A DNA stretch of 64,000 bases from Mobula hypostoma (taxonomy: Eukaryota): NCBI RefSeq assembly GCF_963921235.1, contig NC_086097.1:65288001-65352000 (forward strand), given 5' to 3'. Within the stretch, counting starts at the first letter, position 1, and each line of letters opens with the position of its first letter. Positions 1-9,821 of this stretch are shown here, in pieces. The notes under the pieces were generated by a model, which was not told where the DNA came from, searched no databases, and worked only from the letters and a program-made list of their open reading frames with translations. The position numbers and the translations under genes are program-made.

Positions 1-675
1 TGTTTATTTGCTGCCACATAAAAGCTCAGCATGAGGACTCAGGCTAACACTCCCCCACTGTTACTTAGGGAATCTTATCCATTGGAGGAGGGGGTAGCCT
101 ACACCACTCACAACCATGAATCGAATTGAGCTTCCTCTGTGAAAAGGTCAGAGAGGGCCAAATTTCAAAGGATGAATGGGTGACAAGGTCTGGCTTTCTG
201 ATGCTGACATGTAGCATCTTTGCTGAGTTGTCACATATAATCTGTTGTTCAAAGAATGGAAGCAGTTCCCATGTCAGAAGAGAATTTTCAGTAGCAGTCC
301 AGCATAGGGTGCCATCAATTATATGCTGGAGTCCACAAAGCACATGACCTTGTAAAATGGTTGGGTTGTTGCCTTGATGCCGTTAACAATGTATTTCCCA
401 GGTCTCCTGTAAAATGCATCTGGCATCAGGCTAAGTACAGCACACTGGCAGACACAGGTTGAATCTGCCTAAAATTAACCAGCTCCAAGAAAGTTAATTG
501 ATACTTTATCTTTGTTAATACATGGTCTGCTACGTAGCAGGTGATGATGATGATCATGATGGTGGTGGTGATAGCGGAGCAACTTTAGGTTGTCCTTGAA
601 GCAGTGGCAGAGTTTCCTAATTTTCTCTAAGGGGCAGCATTCTTCTAATAAGTATCTTCACAGCTCTTTTAATTT
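1..675 (-). other. Candidate long 5'UTR exon of a minus-strand host gene (possibly MBD5); CDS would start just beyond the window edge
   Basis: Minus-strand acceptor TATTCCCCATTTTAG|AAATT with the exon starting at 675; no repeat-family similarity; stops in all frames; about 16 upstream ATGs. Motif GGCAACAACCCAACCATTTTACAAGGTCAT and flanks recall the mammalian MBD5 5'UTR (from memory, not searched). Confidence 0.45.
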
Positions 676-2196
676 CTAAAATGGGGAATACTTCCATTCT
701 TTTAACAGATTATCTCCATAAATCTCAAAGTTACTTGCATTATTATGCGGGAGAAAAGGAGAAATAATCATTGGGATCAGCTCTGGTTAAATGCTGATGT
801 CCCTCCTTTTCTCTGAATGGTGCACTCTGATAATGTTTTCTCTGATAATTGGGCGTTAATTTGGAATATCAAGTCTGCTTTTCAGAAGTCAGCACTATTG
901 TCTTTATTGGATTGTGGGGTGGGTTGAGTTTGGAATGGAAGTACTTGTGGGGGAACAGAAATGGTGGTAAGCAAATATCCAAAATTCCTGCCTGCTAACC
1001 CTCTAGATTACATGCCAAAAAGTCATTGCCAGTTGCAGAAATCATTCTCCTTGTGCAGATCATTTGTGTTTCACCTACTTCATCAAATTGACTGTATCTT
1101 ATAATATTCATTTTAACTTACTCCAAGTGCTGTGTAAGCATAAAGTATTAACAGCTACAACTCAACTGGAACTCTTTACAATACACATAAATGAGCTAAT
1201 TTGGGACCAGTGGTTGCAGTGGCCAAAATATGTGAGTACATTTCGTTTAGGATAGAAACCGGTGCCACTAATATGAAGCTTTACATGAAAGTTATGTTGA
1301 TAACAATGTTGAATTTCTGTATCTATAGGTCAGGTGGTGCCAGTAAACTTAGAACAACAGAGATAAGGGTGCACTAAATATCCCAATAATTGGTTATCTA
1401 AGGAGTGTGGCAAAATTGTTACAGGCAACCACAATTTTAATTCTGAACAGGATTTCTAATTTTTGAAAATAAATCTACAAAGATTGCTCATTGAATCCAA
1501 GATAAGATGGCGTGCAAAAGGCAAATGTTCTATTCGCAGTTAATTTTCATGATTAAGTTTGAATCTTAAAAAGGAATATGCTCAGTGGCATTGACAGTGA
1601 CAACCCCCATAACCCACTTAGCTCCGCATTTACTGTACTGTAAAGGAAACTTCGTAAACTGGTGACAATCTCAGTATGTTCACGCTCCAGGCACAATAAA
1701 GAAACACTGGAGTCTCTGTATTTTAAACAGGAAAAAGCAATCCAGAACTTTAAGACGAAGTGTACTTCTTTTGGTCAAAGTTTTTCCATAGATATGCCTC
1801 ATTCTCAAGCGTATGTTGAAATTACTCAAACCTTACTTCAGAAATGCTGCTGGCTATCTGAAATTCCTTGCCAATATATAAACAGGAATTGTGTGGGATT
1901 GAACATTAATGATTTTTGAAACAAAGGAATAACTATACTAAATAAGAATTATAAGATTTAATGTGATTAATATTTCAATATATGGGATCAGATATTTAAT
2001 CGAATATTTTATACAAAGATTGATTTCACATTTACTTATTTTGGGTATACAGGGATTCCGGTTAATTGAGAAACATAGAGACAAGTATATTTCGGCCCAA
2101 TTAAGCAGCTGCCCCAAGTAACCAAAGTTTGATTGAAATAGTTAGAAAAAGTATAAAAAAGACAAACTAACATTTAACTGAGTAAAAAATTATGAA

Positions 2197-2620
2197 AGAG
2201 CTTTTTGTGTCCATTCTGGGGCAGCTCACTCACCTTTGGTCCCACCGGACACTCAGCTCTCACCTGTGGTTTGAAGTAGCTGTCTGCATGTGACAGCGGA
2301 CACAGCCCAGTACACTGCTTCGACAGGTAAGGGAACCCCGATGAAACAGGGAACTAGCTGTCCTAGCATGTGAATTCAGCTTCAATGGACTGGGCAGATA
2401 AGATCAACAGTATGATTCAATAGCCAAGAAGGTGGTTCTGCAATGTTTCATGGGGAGCAAAGGGCACAAAACAAGTCAAGGTTATCCATTGCAAGCAAAG
2501 AAGACCCCAGTTTGTGACAATCATTCATACCACTGGACTCCATCTTCCGAGTTTGAGAGAGTGGAACTGTCCCAGTGCAATGGCTTCTTCACTTTAAAAA
2601 CTCTCCTGCACAGGTTTCAC
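2197..2620 (+). mobile_element. Probable RTE-derived non-autonomous retroelement fragment (5'UTR-like)
   Basis: GC-richer block inside the Tigger relic that resembles RTE 5'UTR sequence; no TSD found; boundaries approximate. Confidence 0.4.
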
Positions 2621-2789
2621 TACTATCAACCAAAATGCTGCCATGTTCTTTTGATTCACTGTAAATGCTTTTGATGATTACATCCTCCAAATTTTCAACA
2701 CAAAATACTCCGCAGATGCTGGGGTCAAAGCCACACTCACAACACACTGGAGGAACTCAGCAGGTCAGGCAGCATCCGTGGAAACGATG

Positions 2790-2825
2790 AGTCGATGTTT
2801 CGGGCCGGAACCCTTCGTCAGGACT
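2790..2825 (-). ncRNA. Minimal type I hammerhead ribozyme motif of the Penelope element
   Basis: Minus strand AGTC-CTGACGA-AGGGTTCCGGCCC-GAAAC-ATC-GACT: stem I AGTC/GACT, CUGANGA core, stem II GGG/CCC, GAAA, NUH triplet AUC. Confidence 0.75.
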
Positions 2826-3090
2826 GAGGAGGGAAGGGGCAGAGGCCCTATAAAGAAGGTGGGGGGAGGGTGGGAAGGAGAAGGCTGGTAGGTTCCAGGT
2901 GAAAAACCAGTAAGGGGAAAGATAAAGGGGTGGAGGAGGGGAAGCAGGGAGGTGATAGGCAGGAAAGGTGAAGAAGGAATAGGGGAAAACACAATGGGTA
3001 GTAGAAGGAGGCGGAACCATGAGGGAGGTGATAGGCAGCTGGGGGAGGGGGCAGAGTGAAATAGGTTTAGGGGAAGGGAGGGGGAGGGAA

Positions 3091-3715
3091 TTACCGGAAG
3101 TTGTTGAATTCTATGTTCATACCAAGGGGCTGGAGACTACCTAGATGGTATATGAGGTGTTGCTCCTCCAACCTGAGTTTAGCCTCATCATGGCAGTAGA
3201 GAAGGCCATGTATGGACATATCCGAATGAGAATGCGAAGCAGAGTTGAAGTGGGTGGCAACCGGGAGATCCTGTCTGTTGTGGCGGAAGGAGCGGAGGTG
3301 CTCGACGAAGCGGTCCCCCAATCTGCGTCGGGTTTCACTGATGTAGAGGATGCTGCATCGGGAGCACCGGACGCAATAGATGACCCCAACAGACTCACAA
3401 GTGAAGTGTTGCCTCACCTGGAAGAACTGTTTGGGGCCCTGAATGGTGGCAAGAGAGGAGGAGTAGTACTCACGCTTACAGGGATAAGTGCCAGGTGGGA
3501 GATCCGTGGGGAGGGACATGTGGATCAGGGAGTTGCGGAGGGACTGATCCCTGCGGAAAGTGGAGAGAGGTGGAGAGGGAAAGATGTGTTTAGTGGTGGG
3601 GTCCTGTTGAAGGTGGCGGAAGTTGTGGAGGATAATGTGCTGGATCTGGAGGCTGGTGGGGTGGTAGGTGAGGACAAGGGGAACTCTGTCCCTGTTGTGG
3701 TGGCGGGAGGATGGG
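3091..3715 (-). pseudogene. Penelope ORF C-terminus: GIY-YIG endonuclease domain
   Basis: FTCESVGVIYCVRCSRCSILYISETRRRLGDRFVEH...HFN...EQHLIYHLGSLQPLGMN; RT absent because of truncation; YIG reads YIS. Confidence 0.88.
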
Positions 3716-4360
3716 CTCCAAATTTTCATTTTCATTGTAACATTCAAGATGATAGGCAATATCTTTAAATACTTTGCTATTCCTTACATGCTGAAGTAGT
3801 GAAATTGTTTTATTTTCACTCCTTGCCGTCTTGGGCATCTGCAAGCCTGATTGCTTGAAACTGCAGTGTGCAAGATAATTCTGAATTGTCTTACTGCCTA
3901 TTTCTCACCAACTATGTAACAAAAATCACTACTTTTTGAGCACAAACACACCCAGCTGATGCGATTTAAAAGCAACTCGCACTAAGCATGGTGTAGACTA
4001 GGTCTAACAGTTATACAGGTTGCACGACTGACATTAGTTAGAAACTATCTGGCAACAGCATCCTGTCCCAGTTAAGCGGCAAACTATCACAAATAAATGA
4101 AGGGAATCCCAGTTATTTTCTTTATTATTTTTCGCTCTTTAAGGGTTGTCCCAAATAAGCGGCTGACTTGATTAACCAATGGACCAGTTAAGCGGAATCC
4201 ACTGCGTATAAAATATATATTGTCTAGTATTAATTTCTAACTGCTGTTATATTGCACAACTCAGCATTCAGTTTTGGAGCTGCCAACTCACACTTCAGAG
4301 GGAGACTCTCTGAGGATCTCACATTAAATGCATATTCTCTCCTCATAACCGGTTATGGTT

Positions 4361-4362
<2 letters not shown>

Positions 4363-4426
<64 letters not shown>
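4363..4426. repeat. (GT)32 microsatellite
   Basis: Perfect GT run abutting the 3' end of an RTE fragment. Confidence 0.98.
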
Positions 4427-4428
<2 letters not shown>

Positions 4429-4429
4429 A

Positions 4430-4840
4430 CGCGCGGCCTCCGTAGATCATAGTCGATTATGGGTACTGCACATCTGGTAGTCACTGGTTTGTTGAGCAGC
4501 GTCGACTGTAGCTATTGAGGCTGATCCTGAAACAGCAGGCTCTGCCACAGTTGCTGCATGTGTAGGGCGTTGTGGAATTGTTGTCCGCTGTCCGCTGTGC
4601 TCTCCGCTCCTTGAACTGACTCAGCATCACTCTTTTGCCTCGCTCTAGGTGTTGCTGAAGAGTACCTCGCCATTTGTTGCGTTCATCTGCTGTCCTCCCA
4701 GCACTCTGTGTTGATTTTTAAGGCTTTCATGTCACGCTTACAGAAGTCCTTGAAGCAAAGCTGGGGTCTACCAACGTTCCTCTTGCCTGTTGCTAGTTCT
4801 CCGCAGAGGATGTCCTTTGGCAGTCTACCTATGTTCAGAC
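4430..4840 (-). mobile_element. RTE-clade LINE 3' fragment
   Basis: Minus translation GRLPKDILCGELATGKRNVGRPQLCFKDFCKRDMKALKIN and C-terminal YTCSNCGRAC Cys motif. Confidence 0.85.
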
Positions 4841-5554
4841 AATTTAGGTGCAGAATAAGGTTCAGGAGTTACTGTTTGAGCTACCTCTGTTTATTATGTT
4901 TTCAAAAGCAGTGTGGCTTAGCACTGGGTACTGACAAATTTTTAACACTGACTGCCCATCTGTTCAGCGGAAGGAACAGAGCTATTCAGGATTAAGCATT
5001 TATCATTCTAGTCCTCATGTTATGTCAATGAACTAGCCCGCTTGGTCAATAATCAACAGCACCCTGGAGCTTAAGGACCTGCCATTCTCATATATCCAAA
5101 TATAGTGTTCTACAAAGAATAAACTTTGCCCAATCTCTTACTAACAAACATGTTAACTTGGTGGCAATTTGATCTCAAAGTGAACCTAACTTTTTTCCCT
5201 CTTCTCCCTGGGGGATGGTAACAAAAGAGATTAATGTTTCTTTTCCACCACTAGACTTTCAAACGCTCCCACATATGTGGCAGGCAATTTTTTCAATTTC
5301 CTGAGGGAGATGCTTCCACAAAAGGCCATCACAAGTCAACATTGTGATGAAATTAGGAGCAGTGCTGCACAAACCATAAACTTAATTAGCTACTGTTCAC
5401 CAACTGCCAACATGCTGCAGACTTTCAAGTATGTGGGTATTGCATGTGTAGGAAACAACTTGAATCAAAAAACTGGACATTCAGTACCTGTAACTAACAG
5501 GTTGCTTTATTTCACATTGATTTACTAGACAGGAATAAGCGGGCTGACCGTAAG

Positions 5555-5712
5555 CTAGAACATAAAACAGTACAGCACAGAAACAGGCCCTTCAGCCCAC
5601 AATGTTGTGCCGAACCTTCTAAAAAAAAATCAAAAAAACCCAAAAACTAATCTTTCCTACTTAAACAATATCCATATCACTCCATCTTCCTCATATTCAT
5701 ATGACTATCTAT
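5555..5712 (-). mobile_element. CR1 LINE 3' tail fragment
   Basis: AGAACATAAAACAGTACAGCACAGAAACAGGCCCTTCAGCCCACAA matches the 3' end of the CR1 at 27563. Confidence 0.8.
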
Positions 5713-5946
5713 AGAACTCAGCTGCATAGCTTTGTGAAAATACCCACATCAACTCTTGTCAGTAAACTGGCAATCTATCATATTTTCAATGACTATGATA
5801 AACAAACACTAGAAATTGATGGAAAATAGTATTAGAAAACAGAACATTTAAATGTTTTAGTATTTATTTTGGTGTCAAAATCTTATAAGCAATCCACATG
5901 GAGCTGAAGCTGTAAACTTATTTTTTTTTAATTATTTTTCATTTAC

Positions 5947-6075
5947 AGGTAGTAGGTGTCACCAGCTAAGCCAGCATTTATTGCCCATCCCTAGTTGTCC
6001 TTGAGAAAGTGGTGATGAGCTGCCTTCTTGATCTGCTGCAGTCCCTGAGGTGCAGGTACACCTACAGCATTGTTA
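5947..6075 (-). mobile_element. CR1/L2-group LINE 3' end fragment
   Basis: CATTTATTGCCCATCCCTAGTTGTCCTTGAGAAAGTGGTGATGAGCTGCCTTCTTGA; second copy at ~20111-20251. Confidence 0.6.
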
Positions 6076-6687
6076 ACAAAATTTAAAGTGTAGATACTTG
6101 TGCATGTGGACCACCTGCTTGTCTCCAAACCTGGGAACATCTACACTGATCACTGTTCAAGTGTAACTAAGAGCAGGAAAATGCATGAACTATTAAAAAT
6201 AATTAAAAATTGTAATGAGCTCTAATCACAACTAATTCAAAATAAATTGAATATAATATCCTACCCCTGCAATCTCTGTAGTTCTGCTTCCTGAAATTTT
6301 TCCCCTCTACCTTCTTCCTTCCAGAAATGGAATTGTCTCCCTACCCTTATTGACTTATTGCACCTTTTCAACTTTTAAAGTCTTCAGTACTGAAACCTGG
6401 GGTTAAACAATATGGCAAGGATTTTCCTCTATGTTTCTCATCCACTATCTATAAATGACTTTTAATTAAATATAAGATCCTGTATTCTAGTGAACTGGAC
6501 GCCTAAGTTAAATGTAAATTGAAATACAATTATGGCAGTTAGATAAACATTATGGGCTAAGGGCTGTACTATTAAGCAACTGTTAACAAAAGCATCACAT
6601 TGGCTACAGGTTGCCTAATTAACTATATGTTTAATAGCCACACCTCTCTGGCCTCACAACTTTCTATTTCTGCCACTGACCTTGTGT

Positions 6688-6998
6688 CACAGAGTTACTG
6701 TACATTGTGTGGACACAGACCCTTCAACTCAGCAAGTCCATGTCGAACGTCAGTCATTTCCACTAAAGCTACACTATTCCTATTTTAATCTCACCATATT
6801 CCCATCAATTCCCTGCAATTTGTTACTCAACTACATTGTAGGGACAATTTACCTACCAATCTTCACGCCTTTGAGATGTGGTAGAAGCACCTGGAAGAAA
6901 CTCACATAGACACAAGGAGAGTGTGTAAACTCTACATAGGCAGCACCTGAGCTCAGGTAGCTGGAGCTGCATGGCAACAGCTCTAATAGCTGCTCGCC
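6688..6998 (-). mobile_element. V-SINE/HE1-like tRNA SINE, degenerate
   Basis: V-domain-like GAAGCACCTGGAAGAAACTCACATAGACACAAGGAGAGTGTGTAAACTCTACA plus a CR1-like tail; related copy at ~39101-39450. Confidence 0.7.
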
Positions 6999-7241
6999 AG
7001 TTACCATTCTCCCTGCCTTTCAGCAGATGTTGTTGCAGGACATGGTAAAGAGGCAAAGAGTTAAAATTTTGAGACCTACAGCTCTAGTTAGCCTGTTTGC
7101 TTGACATTCTACCTCCAGTTTTGACCGCTACGGTATATTAGCTTCTCAGCTGGAGTTAAAATCAACTAATATTTTCATCTGTGCACACTTCAAATTCTTC
7201 CATTCAGCTCTATTGGTTCTCCCATAAACGAAGCACACCAA

Positions 7242-7287
7242 AACATTCAATCTTAGTTAAAAATAACATTCAATCTTAGTTAAAAAT
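7242..7287. repeat. 23-bp perfect tandem duplication
   Basis: AACATTCAATCTTAGTTAAAAAT x2. Confidence 0.9.
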
Positions 7288-7372
7288 AATAGCAAATGGT
7301 AGTTTTGTGGGGATTTGAATAAAGCAGAAGCAGTTATGTGGGAATAATGTTGAAAAAATGGCCTTAAAATAT

Positions 7373-7808
7373 CAAGTCACTTTTTATTGTCATTTCGACC
7401 ATAACTGCTGGTACAGTACACAGTAAAAACAAGACAACGATTTTCAGGACCATGGTGCTACATGAAACAATACAAAAGCTACACCGAACTACGTAAAACA
7501 ACACAAAAACTACACTAGACTACAGACCTACCCAGGACTGCATAAAGTGCACAAAACAGTGCAGGCATTACAATAAATAATAAACAAGACAATAGGCACA
7601 GTAGAGGGCAGTAGGTTGGAGTCAGTCCAGGCTCTGGGTATTGAGGAGACTGATGGCTTGGGGGAAGAAACTGTTACATAGTCTGGTCATGAGAGCCCGA
7701 ATGCTTTGGTGCCTTTTGCCAGATGGCAGGAGGGAGAAGAGTTTGTATGAGGGGTGCGTGAGGTCCTTCATAAAGTTGTTCGCTTTACGGATGCAGCGTG
7801 TGGTGTAT
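7373..7808 (-). mobile_element. Rex1/Babar LINE 3' fragment
   Basis: THPSYKLFSLLPSGKRHQSIRALMTRLCNSFFPQAISLLN; 3'UTR nearly identical to that of the 32265 copy. Confidence 0.88.
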
Positions 7809-7944
7809 CCATGGCACTCAGAACTGAAGGGCTGTTTCACATTTCATATTTAAACGAATTTGTTTTAAAAACAAAATTCACTTTAGCAGTGAAGTAAACC
7901 CATTATGTGGGCTTGAATTATGCAATCAGCAGCAATGTACTTAC

Positions 7945-8108
7945 CGACAGAAAACCGCCCACGACAGTACTGTTATCTCTTCAAATGGATTTTCCTTTTT
8001 TGATATCAGTTACCATCAAGTTTGAAAAGATATCAAGATACCCAATGTTATGAATGTATCAAACTGGCTGAGTAACCGACTATATTCAAGAGTTCACTGA
8101 GAACAAAC
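7945..8108 (-). other. Candidate non-coding (5'UTR) exon, 164 nt
   Basis: Minus-strand acceptor TTATTGCTTCCAG|G at 8108 and consensus donor TCG|GTAAGTA at 7945; stops in all three frames; CpGs retained; non-repetitive. Confidence 0.55.
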
Positions 8109-9821
8109 CTGGAAGCAATAAGCTCGACTGTTAACTAATATTTTTGGTACTTTGCAGTGTGCTAATTAAAGGTTAGAACATACACTTATGATTAAGGAAA
8201 ATGTTGAAATATCACAATCAAAATCTTAAAAGTTAGTAGTATGAGATGTATGATAGTATCTTGATACATTTACCTGAGGGATTTACATGAGATTATTTCG
8301 TTTTAGGGCCACAGTGTTTGCTGAGCAGTAATTATGTCTTTGAATGGTATTAAAATCTCAGATCACAAGCCAAATGGCAGGCATATTAAAATTAAATTCC
8401 TTGCCATCTCCCCTCCCCCATCTTTCCTTTTCTGCTGGAGAAGGTTGCAAAATTGTTCAGCTCCTGCAGGTGGGCTGAATCACTGGCAGTAACATCAGGA
8501 TTTCTATGTAGGTTTCATATATGCAGAGATCACAAAGTTGCTGTCAGTTTTGCAGAGCAAAAGTGAATGCTGAATTCTCTGCCATTACATTCACAAGTAA
8601 GCATTTTGAGGAGTTTCAGCACATTGGGTGCAATCCTAATGTAAAACAGGTTGTTAATTTGAGATTTGAGATGCAACTTAGCTGCCTCACAGTAGAAAGA
8701 AAGGTGCGGAAATGGCATCCGGTAAAAAAATAGACCCAGTTTATCACTTGCCTGGCTTCTACGTAGAACACCCGAAAGATGATACTTAACTAAAAAAAAA
8801 TTCCTCAGGTTGTGAGTAGCTATAGAAATTCATGCTATTTTTAGAATTAGCTTTAGTTGTTTCAAGAACAATCATATTTCAAATATTTCATGTGCTCAAT
8901 AAATCTAGAACATTGACATTTCATATCTATTAAACAACCCCTAAAAAGAATTACATACTATTGCAGTATTTCCCAATCTTTTTTAGCCCAACACCCGCCC
9001 CCCCCCCAAAGCACCTTCATACTTGCCAACACCCAGTTTAGGCACAATATGCTTTCAGGCACTCCCATAGTGTAAAAACATGTCTCCCACATGCTAACAT
9101 GAGAAAAATGATTCTGCTTTAAATTTTTATTTGTCTTTAAACATAGCTTACACAGTATCTGTGCACTGCACAGCAGCTTCAATATCAATGCGATCCTTGA
9201 GCTTGATGGTTTTTCCACAAGAGTTGAAATATCTGGTTCAAGTTGTAACAGCAAAAACCTTGAGTTCCAACGTGCAGCAATGTCCAAGCAGTTTCTGTTT
9301 TTTGTGAGTATGTGGCTCACTGCACAGAAGGCTCTTTCAACAAGGTAGGAGGATGGAAATGCAATGAAGAGCAGTTTGGCTCTTCTCCAAAGACAGGAAT
9401 CTTTGTATGACAGTGTAGCCACATACCATAAAAACCAGAGACTTTTGAAAAGCATTTTTGCTTTTTCATCATTCTGAACTTCAATAATTTCTTCTTGCAA
9501 TTCTGGACTGGGTAATTAACCCATTTCCTTACAAGCAGAAGAATGTTCTTCCACCTTGCAAAGAAATGGGTTAATTACCCAGTCCAGAATTTCCAGATCA
9601 TTCGAATCCCTGAACCGATTCTGAAAATCCTTCTTCAGTAAATGCAGGTGTAAGCAATAATCATGCCAATCATTGTCTGTGAAACAGAGTGCCATACCTT
9701 CCATGCAAGGAAACCGTGAGAAAATTCTTCTCCCAATGTTTTGCTTATATATTTCCAATTTTCTGATAAAAGTGGATTTTTTGCCTGGATTAAATTGTAG
9801 TTCTCTCCCTGCAGTTTCACA

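Larger units (their letters stand above)
2698..3715 (-). mobile_element. Penelope-like element, 5'-truncated (GIY-YIG endonuclease end plus 3'UTR)
   Basis: 13-bp TSD CTCCAAATTTTCA at 2685-2697 and 3716-3728; GIY-YIG-type ORF; pyrimidine-rich 3'UTR; hammerhead core near the 3' end. Confidence 0.92.
2050..4204 (-). mobile_element. Tigger/pogo-type (Tc1-mariner) non-autonomous DNA transposon, interrupted by two retroelements
   Basis: TA at 2048-2049, then CAGGGATTCCGGTTAATTG; right-end reverse complement CAGTGGATTCCGCTTAACTG. Minus-strand remnant KTIQNYLAHCSFKQSGL (~3845-3895) resembles the TIxNCFxxxGF motif of pogo/Tigger transposases. Confidence 0.75.

Noticed and set aside
65..343. Conventional protein-coding exon
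   Set aside because: GTG start, in-frame stop about 15 codons upstream, no recognisable domain; at most a uORF.
3145..3768. 207-aa plus-strand ORF
   Set aside because: Antisense shadow of the Penelope ORF.
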